Below, one piece after another: positions 1-10,852 of a DNA stretch of 64,000 bases. The position numbers and the translations under genes are program-made. The notes beneath the pieces are model-generated. The model was not told the origin of the DNA. It saw only the letters and a list, made by a program, of their open reading frames with translations, and ran no database searches. Within the stretch, counting starts at the first letter, position 1. Every line of letters begins with the position of its first letter. The stretch is from contig CM035359.1 of assembly GCA_020137815.1 (NCBI GenBank), forward strand, positions 4,216,001 through 4,280,000. Reading direction: 5' to 3'. The DNA comes from Hormiphora californensis. Its lineage: Eukaryota > Animalia > Ctenophora.

Positions 1-21
1 CTCGATGGGGATGTAATTTGG

Positions 22-462
22 GTACAATGTAGGGTATGTCTATTGTACCTGTAGGGTATGTCTATTGTACCTGTAGGGTATGTCTATTGTACCTGTAGGG
101 TATGTCTATTGTACCTGTAGGGTGTGTCTATTGTACCTGTAGGGTATGTCTATTGTACCTGTAGGGTATGTCTATTGTACCTGTAGGGTATGTCTATTGT
201 ACCTGTAGGGTATGTCTATTGTACCTGTAGGGTGTGTCTATTGTACATGTAGGGTATGTCTATTGTACCTGTAGGGTGTGTCTATTGTACCTGTAGGGTA
301 TGTCTATTGTACCTGTAGGGTATGTCTATTGTACCTGTAGGGTATGTCTATTGTACCTGTAGGGTATGTCTATTGTACCTGTAGGGTATGTCTATTGTAC
401 CTGTAGGGTATGTCTATTGTACCTGTAGGGTATGTCTATTGTACCTGTAGGGTATGTCTATT
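22..462. repeat. 22-bp minisatellite (GTACCTGTAGGGTATGTCTATT), ~20 copies; left half of an array split by the LINE
   Basis: Period 22 seen directly (AGGGTATGTC at 31 and 141 is 5x22). Intronic in the RhoGAP gene. Confidence 0.97.
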
Positions 463-611
463 TCAGTCCTCTGTTCTCTCTCTCGCATACGTTGCTATAT
501 TTTTGTTCCTACACTTGCACCCCCTGCAGCAGTGCTCTCCCTTTGCACACCGCTGTATATAGTGACCATAGTAAGATATATACACTAACTAAGGGGAGGG
601 AGAGATGAATT

Positions 612-1319
612 ATGCCTCCAAAAACTAGGAGTCAAGCAGAAAGCAAAATGCCCCAGTCCAATCCTATTCTTGATTTGTTTTCTGGAGAAGTTGAAATTAC
701 CTCAAAGCAACAGCTGAAAGAGAAGATAGGTAATGCCGATCTTAATGATATCCTCTTTGCTATCTTGGTAACCCACCGTGCCAGCCTTGATAGAGTTGCT
801 GTACTAGAGAGTAGGGTTGCTGAACTAGAAGATAAGATCCAACATCAGTCTCATCTTGAGGATAGGATCCTGCGTCAGGAGGCCTACTCAGGTAGGAACA
901 CCGTTATCTTGGCTGGAATCTCAGAGTCTGAGACTGAGACACCAGAGTCTCTTGAGCAGGAGGTGGTAACTGTACTCCAGATAGCAGACCCCACAATCAG
1001 ACTGGCCGATCTTGGAATTGTTCACCGTAATGGCAAGAAGAAGGCTAAACCTCGCTCCGTTACATGTGTTCTCACGAAAGCGAAGAACAAGGATGCTGTA
1101 ATGAGGAACAGGAAAAAGCTCAAGGACAGTTCAAGTAAAGTGGCAGCATACCACCGCATGTCTCAAGGCCTGCGACAGAGGAAGGCTGAACTGGAGGAAG
1201 TTGCTGACGTCGAATGGGTAGCTTACTCGGGACATCGACTCTTCACCGTCAAGATTACTAAGGATGGACAAGAGACTTATATCAAAAATGTTCTCAATAT
1301 AGAGGACATACAAACTTAA
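612..1319 (+). CDS. LINE ORF1 protein (coiled coil plus RRM-like domain)
   Basis: Heptads RVAVLESRVAELEDKI, then RNTVILAGISESETET...VHRNG...KPRSVTC, typical of L1/CR1-type ORF1p; lies upstream of ORF2. Confidence 0.85.
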   Translation: MPPKTRSQAESKMPQSNPILDLFSGEVEITSKQQLKEKIGNADLNDILFAILVTHRASLDRVAVLESRVAELEDKIQHQSHLEDRILRQEAYSGRNTVILAGISESETETPESLEQEVVTVLQIADPTIRLADLGIVHRNGKKKAKPRSVTCVLTKAKNKDAVMRNRKKLKDSSSKVAAYHRMSQGLRQRKAELEEVADVEWVAYSGHRLFTVKITKDGQETYIKNVLNIEDIQT

Positions 1320-1644
1320 CTGAGTGTTATAGCAAATTAGGCAGAGAGTGGCAGTGAACTATATTTTATCACATTCTTCTTCCTTTCTCCCTCTGCATAT
1401 AGTAGTGGGGGAATAATTAGTTCTGGAATGTGCAACATTCTTGTATTCGTGTGATTAAGATCTGAGTACAATCTTTTCATTGTACTTCTACACTCACTCT
1501 TATACATGTATACTATTTACTACTCGGTTTTAATGTGTTGAGGTACCATGATGTTACCCTCTGTTAACTTTGCCTTGCTATCCAGTAACCTAGTATATCT
1601 ATATTTATCTACTAATCTCTCCCTTTCCCACCAATGCATGTTTT

Positions 1645-4600
1645 ATGAATTTCGTGTTTGTTGCTGCTGGTGACGAGGAGTTGTCGAGAAGGAGAGAGTG
1701 GTGCTGCCGTCGTGACTGCTGGTACTGGACTTCCCGGGTGCAGGTACGTGTCTCACCCACCTCCCCTAACCCTGATTTAAACATTCAATTATTGATCATC
1801 TGTAATTGCTCTATACTTAACCCTGGACCTCGTGGCCTCAAAGTGATATATAACAATGTTCAGGGGCTGGTGAGTCCAGGTCATCTAGACTCTGTCTCCC
1901 CTCCCCTGAATATGACCAAAGTTTTCGAGATCCAGGATTTTGTGTATGGTAATTCTGCTGATATCATAATTCTGAACGAAACTTGGCTCAAACCCAAGAT
2001 TAGTTCTGAACTTATCTTTCCCACCAATTTTAAAGTCTTTAGATTAGATCGCTCTGGGCACACCCACCCCCGTGATCCCTCAAATCCCACTAGATTTAGG
2101 GAGAATGGAGGTGGTGTCCTCATTGCACACCGTGAAAACATTTCTATTTCTAGTTTCAAATTCTCCAAATCAAACGTTAAAGCAGAGCTTCTAACCATCT
2201 TTCTCTCTCTCTCTAACGGGAAGAAGCTCTGTTTTTCTACTTTCTACCGGGTGGGGACGCTTGGAGATGAAAACTTTGCTGAATTCAGGCAACATTTTGA
2301 TTGCCTGTTCTCAGCGAGGAACATCTCCAAGCACATCCTCATTGGTGACTTTAATTTCTCCAATGTTTCCTGGCCAGCTTCCTACCCTCGTACTCGTGTG
2401 GAGGAGTTATTTTTATCTTATCTTCTAGATGACCTAGGTCATTCTCAACTTATTAACTCCTCAACACACTGCAAGGGTCGTACTTTAGATCTATGTTTTA
2501 CCAATGACCCTGCGTGTGTGACTGATATCGATGTCCTGGATCAGCATAGTTTTTGTTTTAGTGATCATTATCCAGTTTCACTGCTGATAGATGTCGATGT
2601 GGGTCCCATGCGCCAGGCCCGGAGAAGCATACGTATCTATGATAAGGGGGACTATGAGGCAATGAATGCTGATCTTAGCTTCATTGACTGGTTGGCTGAG
2701 TTCACTGGTGATATTAATTATAATGTCAATAGATTTAACGCCATTATCACTAGTTTCCTAGACAAGCATGTCCCCACTAAGTCTGTTAAGCCGGTACTGT
2801 TGCCCATCTGGTATGGTCACGAGTGTGAGAGTGCAAGAGTGAGGAAAGAGAATCTTAGAAAGAGATGGAAGAATTCACATTCTGACACTGACTATGACAA
2901 CTTCAAGGCCGCGAGAAAGCATTTCAAGAACGTGTGTGAATCTAGTGCGAGACTCTACTGTGATATTGATGACCATGATTTGGTTAGCCGGAAATTTTGG
3001 AGGCAAGTTAAAGTGACATCAAAGGTCTACCAGAATACCTCCCACTGTTAACAATGGGACGGTGTTCAGGTCAGATTTTGAAAGTCAAGCTGATTTATTT
3101 AACAAACAATTTGCCTCCAACTTTTCTGGTCCGAGCAATTATGACATTAATATAGACGAGAGTGACGTGAGAATTAAGTGTGACCTCTCTGCTGGCAGGG
3201 TGTACAATGTTCTCTCTAAATTGAATGCTCGTAAAGGTCCTGGCCCAGACAATCTGCACAGTATGATCTTCAAGAAGTGTGCGGGGTCCCTGGCTTTCCC
3301 TCTGTCCCTTCTCTTTGAGCAGGCCTATAATGGTGATGGACTTCCAGATATCTGGAAGTCGGCCAATGTAGTCCCTGTTCACAAGTCCGGGGATAAGAGG
3401 GATGTTAGGAACTACCGTCCTATTTCTTTGACTTGTATTGCGAGCAAGATTTATGAGAGACTTGTCACCCAGACTTTACTTGACCACTGCATTGACAAAA
3501 TAGATGATAGACAACATGGTTTTCTACCTGGCAGATCCTGCCTCACCCAGCTTGTCTCATTCTACGATGACCTTGTGCAGTCTGACAATAACAAACGAGC
3601 CTCTGATATCATTTATTTCGATTTTAGCAAGGCTTTCGATAGCTGCAACCACGACTTGATTCTAGACAAACTGAAAAACAGATTCAATGTTGATGGCAAG
3701 ATGCTTGCTTTCATCCGCAACTACCTCTCTAACCGTTCTCAGAGAGTTGTTGTCGGAGGTAAGTACTCATCTAGTCTCAGTGTTATTTCTGGAGTGCCCC
3801 AAAGGTAGCATCCTTGGACCTCTCTTGTTTGTTCTATTTATCAACGATATCACGGAGTGTGTGAATGGTGGGTGTAAGATTGCCTTGTATGCAGATGACC
3901 TCAAACTTTGGTCCAGTATCACAGGAGCTCTGGACCAAGTTGAAATGCAGAATTCTGTTGACAACCTTTACAACTGGTCCATCTCTAACAAGATGAAGTT
4001 CCACCCCAGTAAGTGCAAGGTCATCTCTACCCATTCATCTAGGTGTGAATCTAATTGGGGCCAACTCCCTTATTTCCTTCCCATCTATGATCTAGGTGGA
4101 GTCACCCTTGATAATGTTTGTGTCCAGAGAGATCTTGGCATTCTAGTGAACAACCATCTAACCTGGACCAATCACACTGATCTCATCCTGGAGCGTTTCA
4201 CCGAGCGTTTCAATCTAGTTCGTAGAACTGCTCACTTTGTTCACAACCCTAATCAACGTCGTATCCTCTTTATCTCTTTGGTTAGGTCTCTACTCGAGCA
4301 TTGCTCTCCTGTTTGGGCTCCTACCCAAATTGGCATTTTAGATAGCCTGGAAGCTGCTCAGAAGAGATCGATCAAATGGATATATGGAATCAGTCACCTC
4401 ACTAGTTGGAACGACGATACTTACTTTAGCAACTTAGTTTCTCTAAATATCTTACCTATTCGTCTCCAATTTAATTTTAATGATATGAAATTATTGTATA
4501 AAGTACTTAACTCTCTAGTTCCTGTTAGTTTACCTAGTTATTTACATATTAAATCCCCCTCTGACATTACTTACACTACTAGATCTAACTTTAATGTAGT

Positions 4601-4805
4601 TAATAATTCCGATTACACTACTATCTGCTGTTCGGTTAAACCCACTAGTGCGGTTTTTCGGAATAGTTTCTTCCATCGTAGCTACATCTATTGGAACTCT
4701 CTTCCTTTTACTATTAGACAATCGCCTACTTATTCTTCTTTTTGTTTTCACCTTAAAAAACATTTATTCAGCTCTATGTCTCCCCTCTCCCCTAACACTT
4801 CCTAG
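1645..4805 (+). CDS. LINE ORF2, AP endonuclease plus reverse transcriptase; two +1 frameshifts (~3022, ~3802)
   Basis: APE motifs YNNVQGL, LNETWL, GGGVLI, IGDFN, LDL, SDH. RT motifs NYRPISL, QHGF, DFSKAFD, GVPQ/GSILGP, YADD. Three track ORFs join on removing one base at each site. Confidence 0.93.
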
Positions 4806-5321
4806 GTACCTGATACTCCGGTTCTAGTCCAGCTATCCGACGACGGCGCCTCTCTCATATCCTCGACTCTCCTCCGACCCACACAACGCGGCCTTCAATC
4901 TAATGCAGTGGTGTTTGAACAGAAAGGACTTTTCAATTTAATATATATTTTGGACTGCTATTCATTGGCTGAATTATATTTATCTAATATGACATTATTT
5001 CCTTAGTAGACCTAATACATTTCTTAGAAGCACTTTTAGATACCTTTTATATATTTTCTTTAATAACTGATCGAAATTATTTAACCTAGATATATACATT
5101 TCTTGATTTAATTTATTACCATTTGAAGAGAAGTATATTTATTACCAGAGTTTGTATTTTAACTTATTTTTTCTAATTTGAGAGTGACGGGCACTGTGGG
5201 TGTTCTCTATTAAGGTGGCCTGAGGCTACGTTGAGGAAGCCCCCGGGCTGGACGTGACGAGATATTTAACGTATTATTCATATTGTAAGTTTGGTTTGAA
5301 ATGTTTTTCCGATAAAAAAAA

Positions 5322-5632
5322 ATTGTACCTGTAGGGTTTGTCTATTGTACCTGTAGGGTATGTCTATTGTACCTGTAGGGTATGTCTATTGTACCTGTAG
5401 GGTATGTCTATTGTACCTGTAGGGTGTGTCTATTGTACCTGTAGGGTATGTCTATTGTACCTGTAGGGTATGTCTATTGTACCTGTAGGGTGTGTCTATT
5501 GTACCTGTAGGGTATGTCTATTGTACCTGTAGGGTATGTCTATTGTACCTGTAGGGTATGTCTATTGTACCTGTAGGGTATGTCTATTGTACCTGTAGGG
5601 TATGTCTATTGTACCTGTAGGGTATGTCTATT
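5322..5632. repeat. 22-bp minisatellite, ~14 copies; right half, overlapping the RhoGAP exon end and splice donor
   Basis: Same unit; on the minus strand it reads AATAGACATACCCTACAG|GTAC. Confidence 0.97.
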
Positions 5633-7171
5633 AATATCCGGTAGACAGAGAACTAGCAACATGACCGCTTGTAGTCGGTCCTCCACCAGCTCTAGCATCT
5701 GGCTCTGTTAGTAGGGGGAGTAGAGATAAATTGTTAATTATAAGAGAGATCGCGTGAGCCTAAGGCCGAATTGCATCGACTAGTAATATCCAATTCAACA
5801 CTTACACAGAATGATTACCCAACTAGGCGGTAAATTTAAATCTCTCAATGACCTATCATCGCTAGTTCCCTTCTACATAATATTATTCATTTTCTAGCAT
5901 AAAAAACACGTGGCACACCCACATACATGTCAACCCCATTATAATACATCCTATATCATTCTAAGACCTGGGTCATACCTACAGCTGTAAAACAGAACAT
6001 TTTGACCCATGCATTATTTTACTTGTAAGTAAATTCTGAAAATCATTACACGCAGTTACCTATATATCTACAGAGTTCCTGCTAGCCTATCTAGGGGACT
6101 ATCACAAAGCAATAACACCGGCACTAGGAAATACCGTTACCTGGATGAAGGAATGATACAGTTCAAAGGTCAGAAGGGGTTCGGGAAGCTCACGAAGAAA
6201 CTGTTTCAGAAGACTTGCAACATCGTGTGGGTTGGTATCTTCTGCGATACTGCCCCCTTCGTTCAAACTTGCCTGAACGAGGAGAGAGTGAGAGAGAGGG
6301 GGGAGAGAGAGTGTGCGTGTGTACTGTGAGAGAGGGAGAGAGAGTGAGGGAGAGAGAATCTCACTCTCTCTCGTCTCCCTTGTTTAACAAAGCTGACAGC
6401 ACGATGATTTAGTTATTATACATCCTTCTTCCTCAAGGATTTTTTCCCTGCCCGGATGCCTTTTTACTTTGTAAAAAGGCATAGCAGGGTTAGAATTCGA
6501 AAACGACATTTTGGTATACTAACTAATCGGTAGAGGGACCATTTTGGTCACACTTTCGTTGCGAGGGGCAACCCGGTACCACCCGGTGTACTCAGCGTAG
6601 CAACTGATCCGCGCACACAACAACAAGTTGCTCCTTTATCAAAACTTACAATGGCACAGTTTGATGGACGTGTATGCGCACGCCACTCAACAAAACATGA
6701 ATAGCGCTGCCGCGTGTTTCGCGTGTTACATACACATTGTCATCTTGCGAGTCGAGTGTGAGAGGTTAGATAAGTAGTTAAGTTGGAATGTCAAAAGCTG
6801 GTTAGCAAGTGTCATGTGAGTAAACTAAGCTATGTGAGAAGTATACTGACAGCTAGATCGTATGCATCTCACATTACATTATGACCAAGCCTTGATCCTG
6901 TTGACAGTGACACGTGAAACGGGAGGGCAGGGAAACACAGCATTATGAATACATAATGCAATGATTCTTGTTCAACCCACAAAACACTTACCCGTATTTG
7001 TTTCTGTCGTGCAAGGGATCCACTTTTTCTAAAGATGCCCTCCTCAGAGAACCGATGTGAGAGAAAGTTGCAGGAGCGGAGGAGTAATCGGGGAACTCTG
7101 AGATGTGGTTGTCCCGTTACTGCACGTGTCTCTAAATCACCCAGTGCTCGACCATAGATCCCACTGTCGCC
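5615..7171 (-). CDS. ARHGAP11A: RhoGAP-domain protein, ARHGAP11-like (partial). Exons 7171-6992, 6272-6141, 5704-5615; first exon probably ~8070-8400; 3' exons lie left of the window
   Basis: Phase-0 GT-AG exons translate to GIYGRAL...[12 protein letters not shown]...[18 protein letters not shown] / ...[30 protein letters not shown] / ...[18 protein letters not shown]. The arginine finger FRKSGS matches ARHGAP11 as I recall it. Confidence 0.85.
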
Positions 7172-7214
7172 CTGGTTGGGGCACTGGTTCAGGGATTTAT
7201 AGATACAGATCTAG

Positions 7215-7423
7215 ATCTTATCAAGCTAACATGATCTTATCAAACTAACATGATCTTATCAAACAAACATGATCTTATCAAACAAACATGATCTTATCAA
7301 ACTAACATGATCTTATCAAACTAACATGATCTTATCAAACTAACATGATCTTATCAAACTAACATGATCTTATCAAACTAACATGATCTTATCAAACTAA
7401 CATGATCTTATCAAACTAACATG
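7215..7423. repeat. 19-bp minisatellite (GATCTTATCAAACTAACAT), ~11 copies, intronic
   Basis: Direct tandem repeat. Confidence 0.95.
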
Positions 7424-8399
7424 TCACACTATCTGAATGTGTATTAATAATAATAATAATAATAACTATGTTTATATTCCGCCCATATCCGACAGGGACA
7501 GAGCAGTGAAACTGCTGCTGTCACTGAAGGATAATCTGAACGGTTAATATACTAGTAAGACCTTGACAACTTATCCCTAATAGAACAAAAAATTAATAGA
7601 GAAAAAACACCGGCTCACATTACTGTATTAAAAAACTAACATGGTTTGGTGTAGCCGGTAGTTTACTGGTGCGTCTCTTATAGGACACTACGACGCCCAT
7701 TTTATTAAGATCCTCGTGGACCATAGATTTAATAGGACCCTGCATGTACCTGAGACAAAAGGGGACGTTAGCATTTTGACATGAAGTAATGAGTTAATTA
7801 GAAAAGTCGTTCTTTTTCGTATGTCGACATTGTCTACTCACCCATAACTTGATAAGACCTTCATTCCTTTACAGTTTATATTATCCTACATCTAACTGAG
7901 GTTCCAAAAGTCATTGCTATACGTAACACAGTGAATGGTTAGGTACATGTTTTGGTTTTATAACCATGTAATTTACAGCTGTATACAGCATACTAATTAT
8001 CAAACGATCAAATCGTCATCTTCCAAATCCCATCCATTTTCCAGAATCCAGACACCACGCTATCTGCACCTTTTTTGTGGTTTATCCAGCACGGAGGCGG
8101 AACTGACCATGCGTCCTCACGGCCATGGTCGTACAGCTTTTTTTCGGGAAAAGAAAAGAAAAATCATCTGATGCATTTTGCCCCCTCGACCCCCACCGGG
8201 GCTTGCACTTTGCAGCCTGGCCCCTGCTTGTGGGGGGTGTTTCACATCCCCTGACAGTGGCTGCCGCCCCAGGCCCCTGACGAACAGGGACACGCTGGGC
8301 CGGAAGCCCAGCTCCGTCCCTGTCCCATCCCCCAGCAGGGAAACCTTTCCATTGTTGCGCTGAAAACTCTGAGTTTTTTTGACCGAAGCAGCAAAAAAC

Positions 8400-8560
8400 G
8401 TCGCGTGATTTCAATATTTAAAGCATACACGCGCGGCGCGAGCCTGTAGTGCGCACAAAATCTTTGCGCGTGACAGTTGGCACGCGCAGGAGTTTGTATC
8501 GAAAAGGAGGCAGGCGCAGAAAACTCACTGTTTTCACATAAGCAAGGCTCCGCGCGTTCC
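8400..8560 (-). promoter_or_regulatory. CGCG-rich putative promoter of the RhoGAP gene
   Basis: Cluster of CGCG motifs plus CAGTTGG (Myb-type YAACKG on -). Similar clusters lie upstream of two other genes in the window. Confidence 0.45.
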
Positions 8561-10474
8561 AAACAGAACAGTTGTTCGAATCTTCACAGCATGATTTTCC
8601 GATAAAATATGTTAAGTGACCCAAGTCCCAATTTATTTGATATTGAGTTTTGAGAAACTGAAATCCTTGTTTCATCTCGTATAAACATGAGTGTGGGCAG
8701 TATCTCACTATATCTTGCCAGCACCCAGTCCCATGTGCCAACTGCCAGAGAACAGCAAAGACCTGCCTTTACAAGGGACGGCAGTATGAATAATGAATAA
8801 CACGTCATGTTACATTGAACAATAGAAATTGAAAAGTAGAAAACATAGACACAATGGGTAAATAGCATCATCAATCATGCTGCTGGAAATACACAATTTT
8901 CACAACAGGAACGGAAACTTGGGATAATAATAAATCAAACTTCTCTAAAAACTCGCTTCCTATTTCTCCTCTTTAGGAGTGCTGTCAGGGCATTGGCTGA
9001 CCCTCATTCTCAAGTGGTCAGAGCATTGACCTGACAGAGGAGTGACGGACCGCGGAGGCCTCCCTTCCCCGGAAATATCAAATGCAGGGGCTGAGATTTC
9101 TTCAAAAACAGAAAAAGTACAAATCGACTTGTGTGGATAGAATTTTACCTGAGGTACAAAAAGCACTGGAAAGGTCGTGTAAATTTCCCCCAAAAAATTT
9201 GGCCAAGCCACTCTCCCCTAGAAAAAGGTTCATTCCGCCACCCCTGTGCTCAGTTTCTCCCTAACTCACGGGAAGATTTGTAGAACAGTGTAGTTAATTT
9301 AACATAACAAATATTTAATTAGTTTTTCAACACACACAAATAATGATTAATCCTAGACTTTTCCTTTCACTTACCGACTGATGCAAATCAACCAGAACTC
9401 ATAAAGTTCTTTGCCAGGTTAGACTGTTTTTGAGTTTGTACAAAACAAAAAGTTCTATTATAAAAGTACCACATGATAACAGTAGATCTGCAAAACGACC
9501 AAAACACAGTCACTCTCTCACTGGGATCATTTGAACCAATCTTTCTGCCGGTAGAATGACTTTGTGGATCTCCGAACTTTCTGAAGATTGGGTCTCTCAT
9601 AGAAGGGTAACTTGTTGTCCAAGGCAGGTTCGAAGTTGTATAATTTGTCGACCTCATCTAGGAAATCGTGTCTGATGCCTCGTACTGTTAAATCTGAGGG
9701 GATCGAGTTTTATTTTTGGGTCGTGTAATTATATAGGGGGGGGGGGGGGGGGGGGGGAGAGAATCCTGGGGAATTTGTAAGAGAAAGGAGCCCAGTGGTG
9801 CTCGATTGCTTAAGGAGAAGTATTCAAGTCGTATTTGAAATATTGAAATTTTCACCCCAAATGCAAACTTGTTTTCATGTGATACTTATTAGTTTTTGAC
9901 ACATGTGCACGACATGACGACATGTAAATAGACGCTAAAAACAAAAGCACGACAGGGGGGGGGTGAAAACTTCAACAAATCTGAATTTACATTATATACC
10001 TTGTGCGGGAAAGTTTGGCGTTGATTTATCCAATATGGTGTCAAGAAAGTCCATTGTTTCACATCCACTATCGCTTTGCTCGCTCTGAAAGGGTCGGGGC
10101 TGTTAAAAAACTCACAAGGAAAGTTTCTATACCGAATATCAAATATAAAGAATTGGAAAGAATGAAAGAAGCTCCTCACGATGCCCTATCTATCTCTGCA
10201 AATGTGTTACCTCTATAAAAACACTCTGTTACATGCTAACTACACTTGTGCACGTTAGACCCTATTTTGACACCTTATCAATGTGATCTAAATGATACGT
10301 CTTATCTTTTCACTCCTCTCTCTTTTCTTTCTTTCTCTCTATCATTCTATCTCTTTCTCTCTATCATTCTATCGTACTTCCTTGCTCCTTTGAATAGCAG
10401 CACTCATTGCCGCGAAAGAAGGGAAGAATAAGAACATGAGAAAAAGAGCAAGAGATACAGCGAAACGGTTAATG

Positions 10475-10730
10475 AGAGAGCGAGAAAGAAAGAGAGAGAG
10501 AGAGAGTGAGAGAGAGAGAGAGAGAGAGATAGAAGAGAGAGAGAGAGGCGAGCGATCTGAGAGAGAGAAGAGTATCGCGCATCTATATCATCTCTATATA
10601 TAGAGGATATCTCCTAGCCTCTTCTCCTCTCTCTCTCTCTCTCGCCTCGCTCTCTCTCTCTCCTCTTCTCTCTTCTATCATTCTCTCGCGCTCTTTCTTT
10701 CTCCTATCTCTCTCTCTCTCTAGAGAGAAA
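10475..10730. repeat. (GA)n followed by (TC)n degenerate microsatellite
   Basis: Direct inspection. Confidence 0.85.
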
Positions 10731-10852
10731 AGAAGATGATACAGAAGGGGGAGCTGTTAAAAACTTTGGATTGCGCTGCATGCAGTTGCATGTGAGACTC
10801 TATAACGCACACTGTCTCTCTGCCCACAGTTGTTTCGCATCTCATCATTATT

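Larger units (their letters stand above)
463..5322 (+). mobile_element. Full-length non-LTR retrotransposon, CR1 group (CR1/L2/Crack/Daphne-like)
   Basis: 5' UTR, ORF1, APE-RT ORF2, ~500-bp 3' UTR and an A-tail at 5314-5322. The same 22-bp minisatellite lies on both sides, with ATT shared at the junctions. Confidence 0.93.

Noticed and set aside
8960-9690. Exon-like minus-strand segments (9685-9514 reading RGIRHDFLDEVDKLYNFEP...KVRRSTKSFYRQKDWFK*, 9423-9375, ~9065-8960), possibly a small gene or peptide precursor
   Set aside because: No consistent phase chain, signal peptide or recognisable homology could be established.
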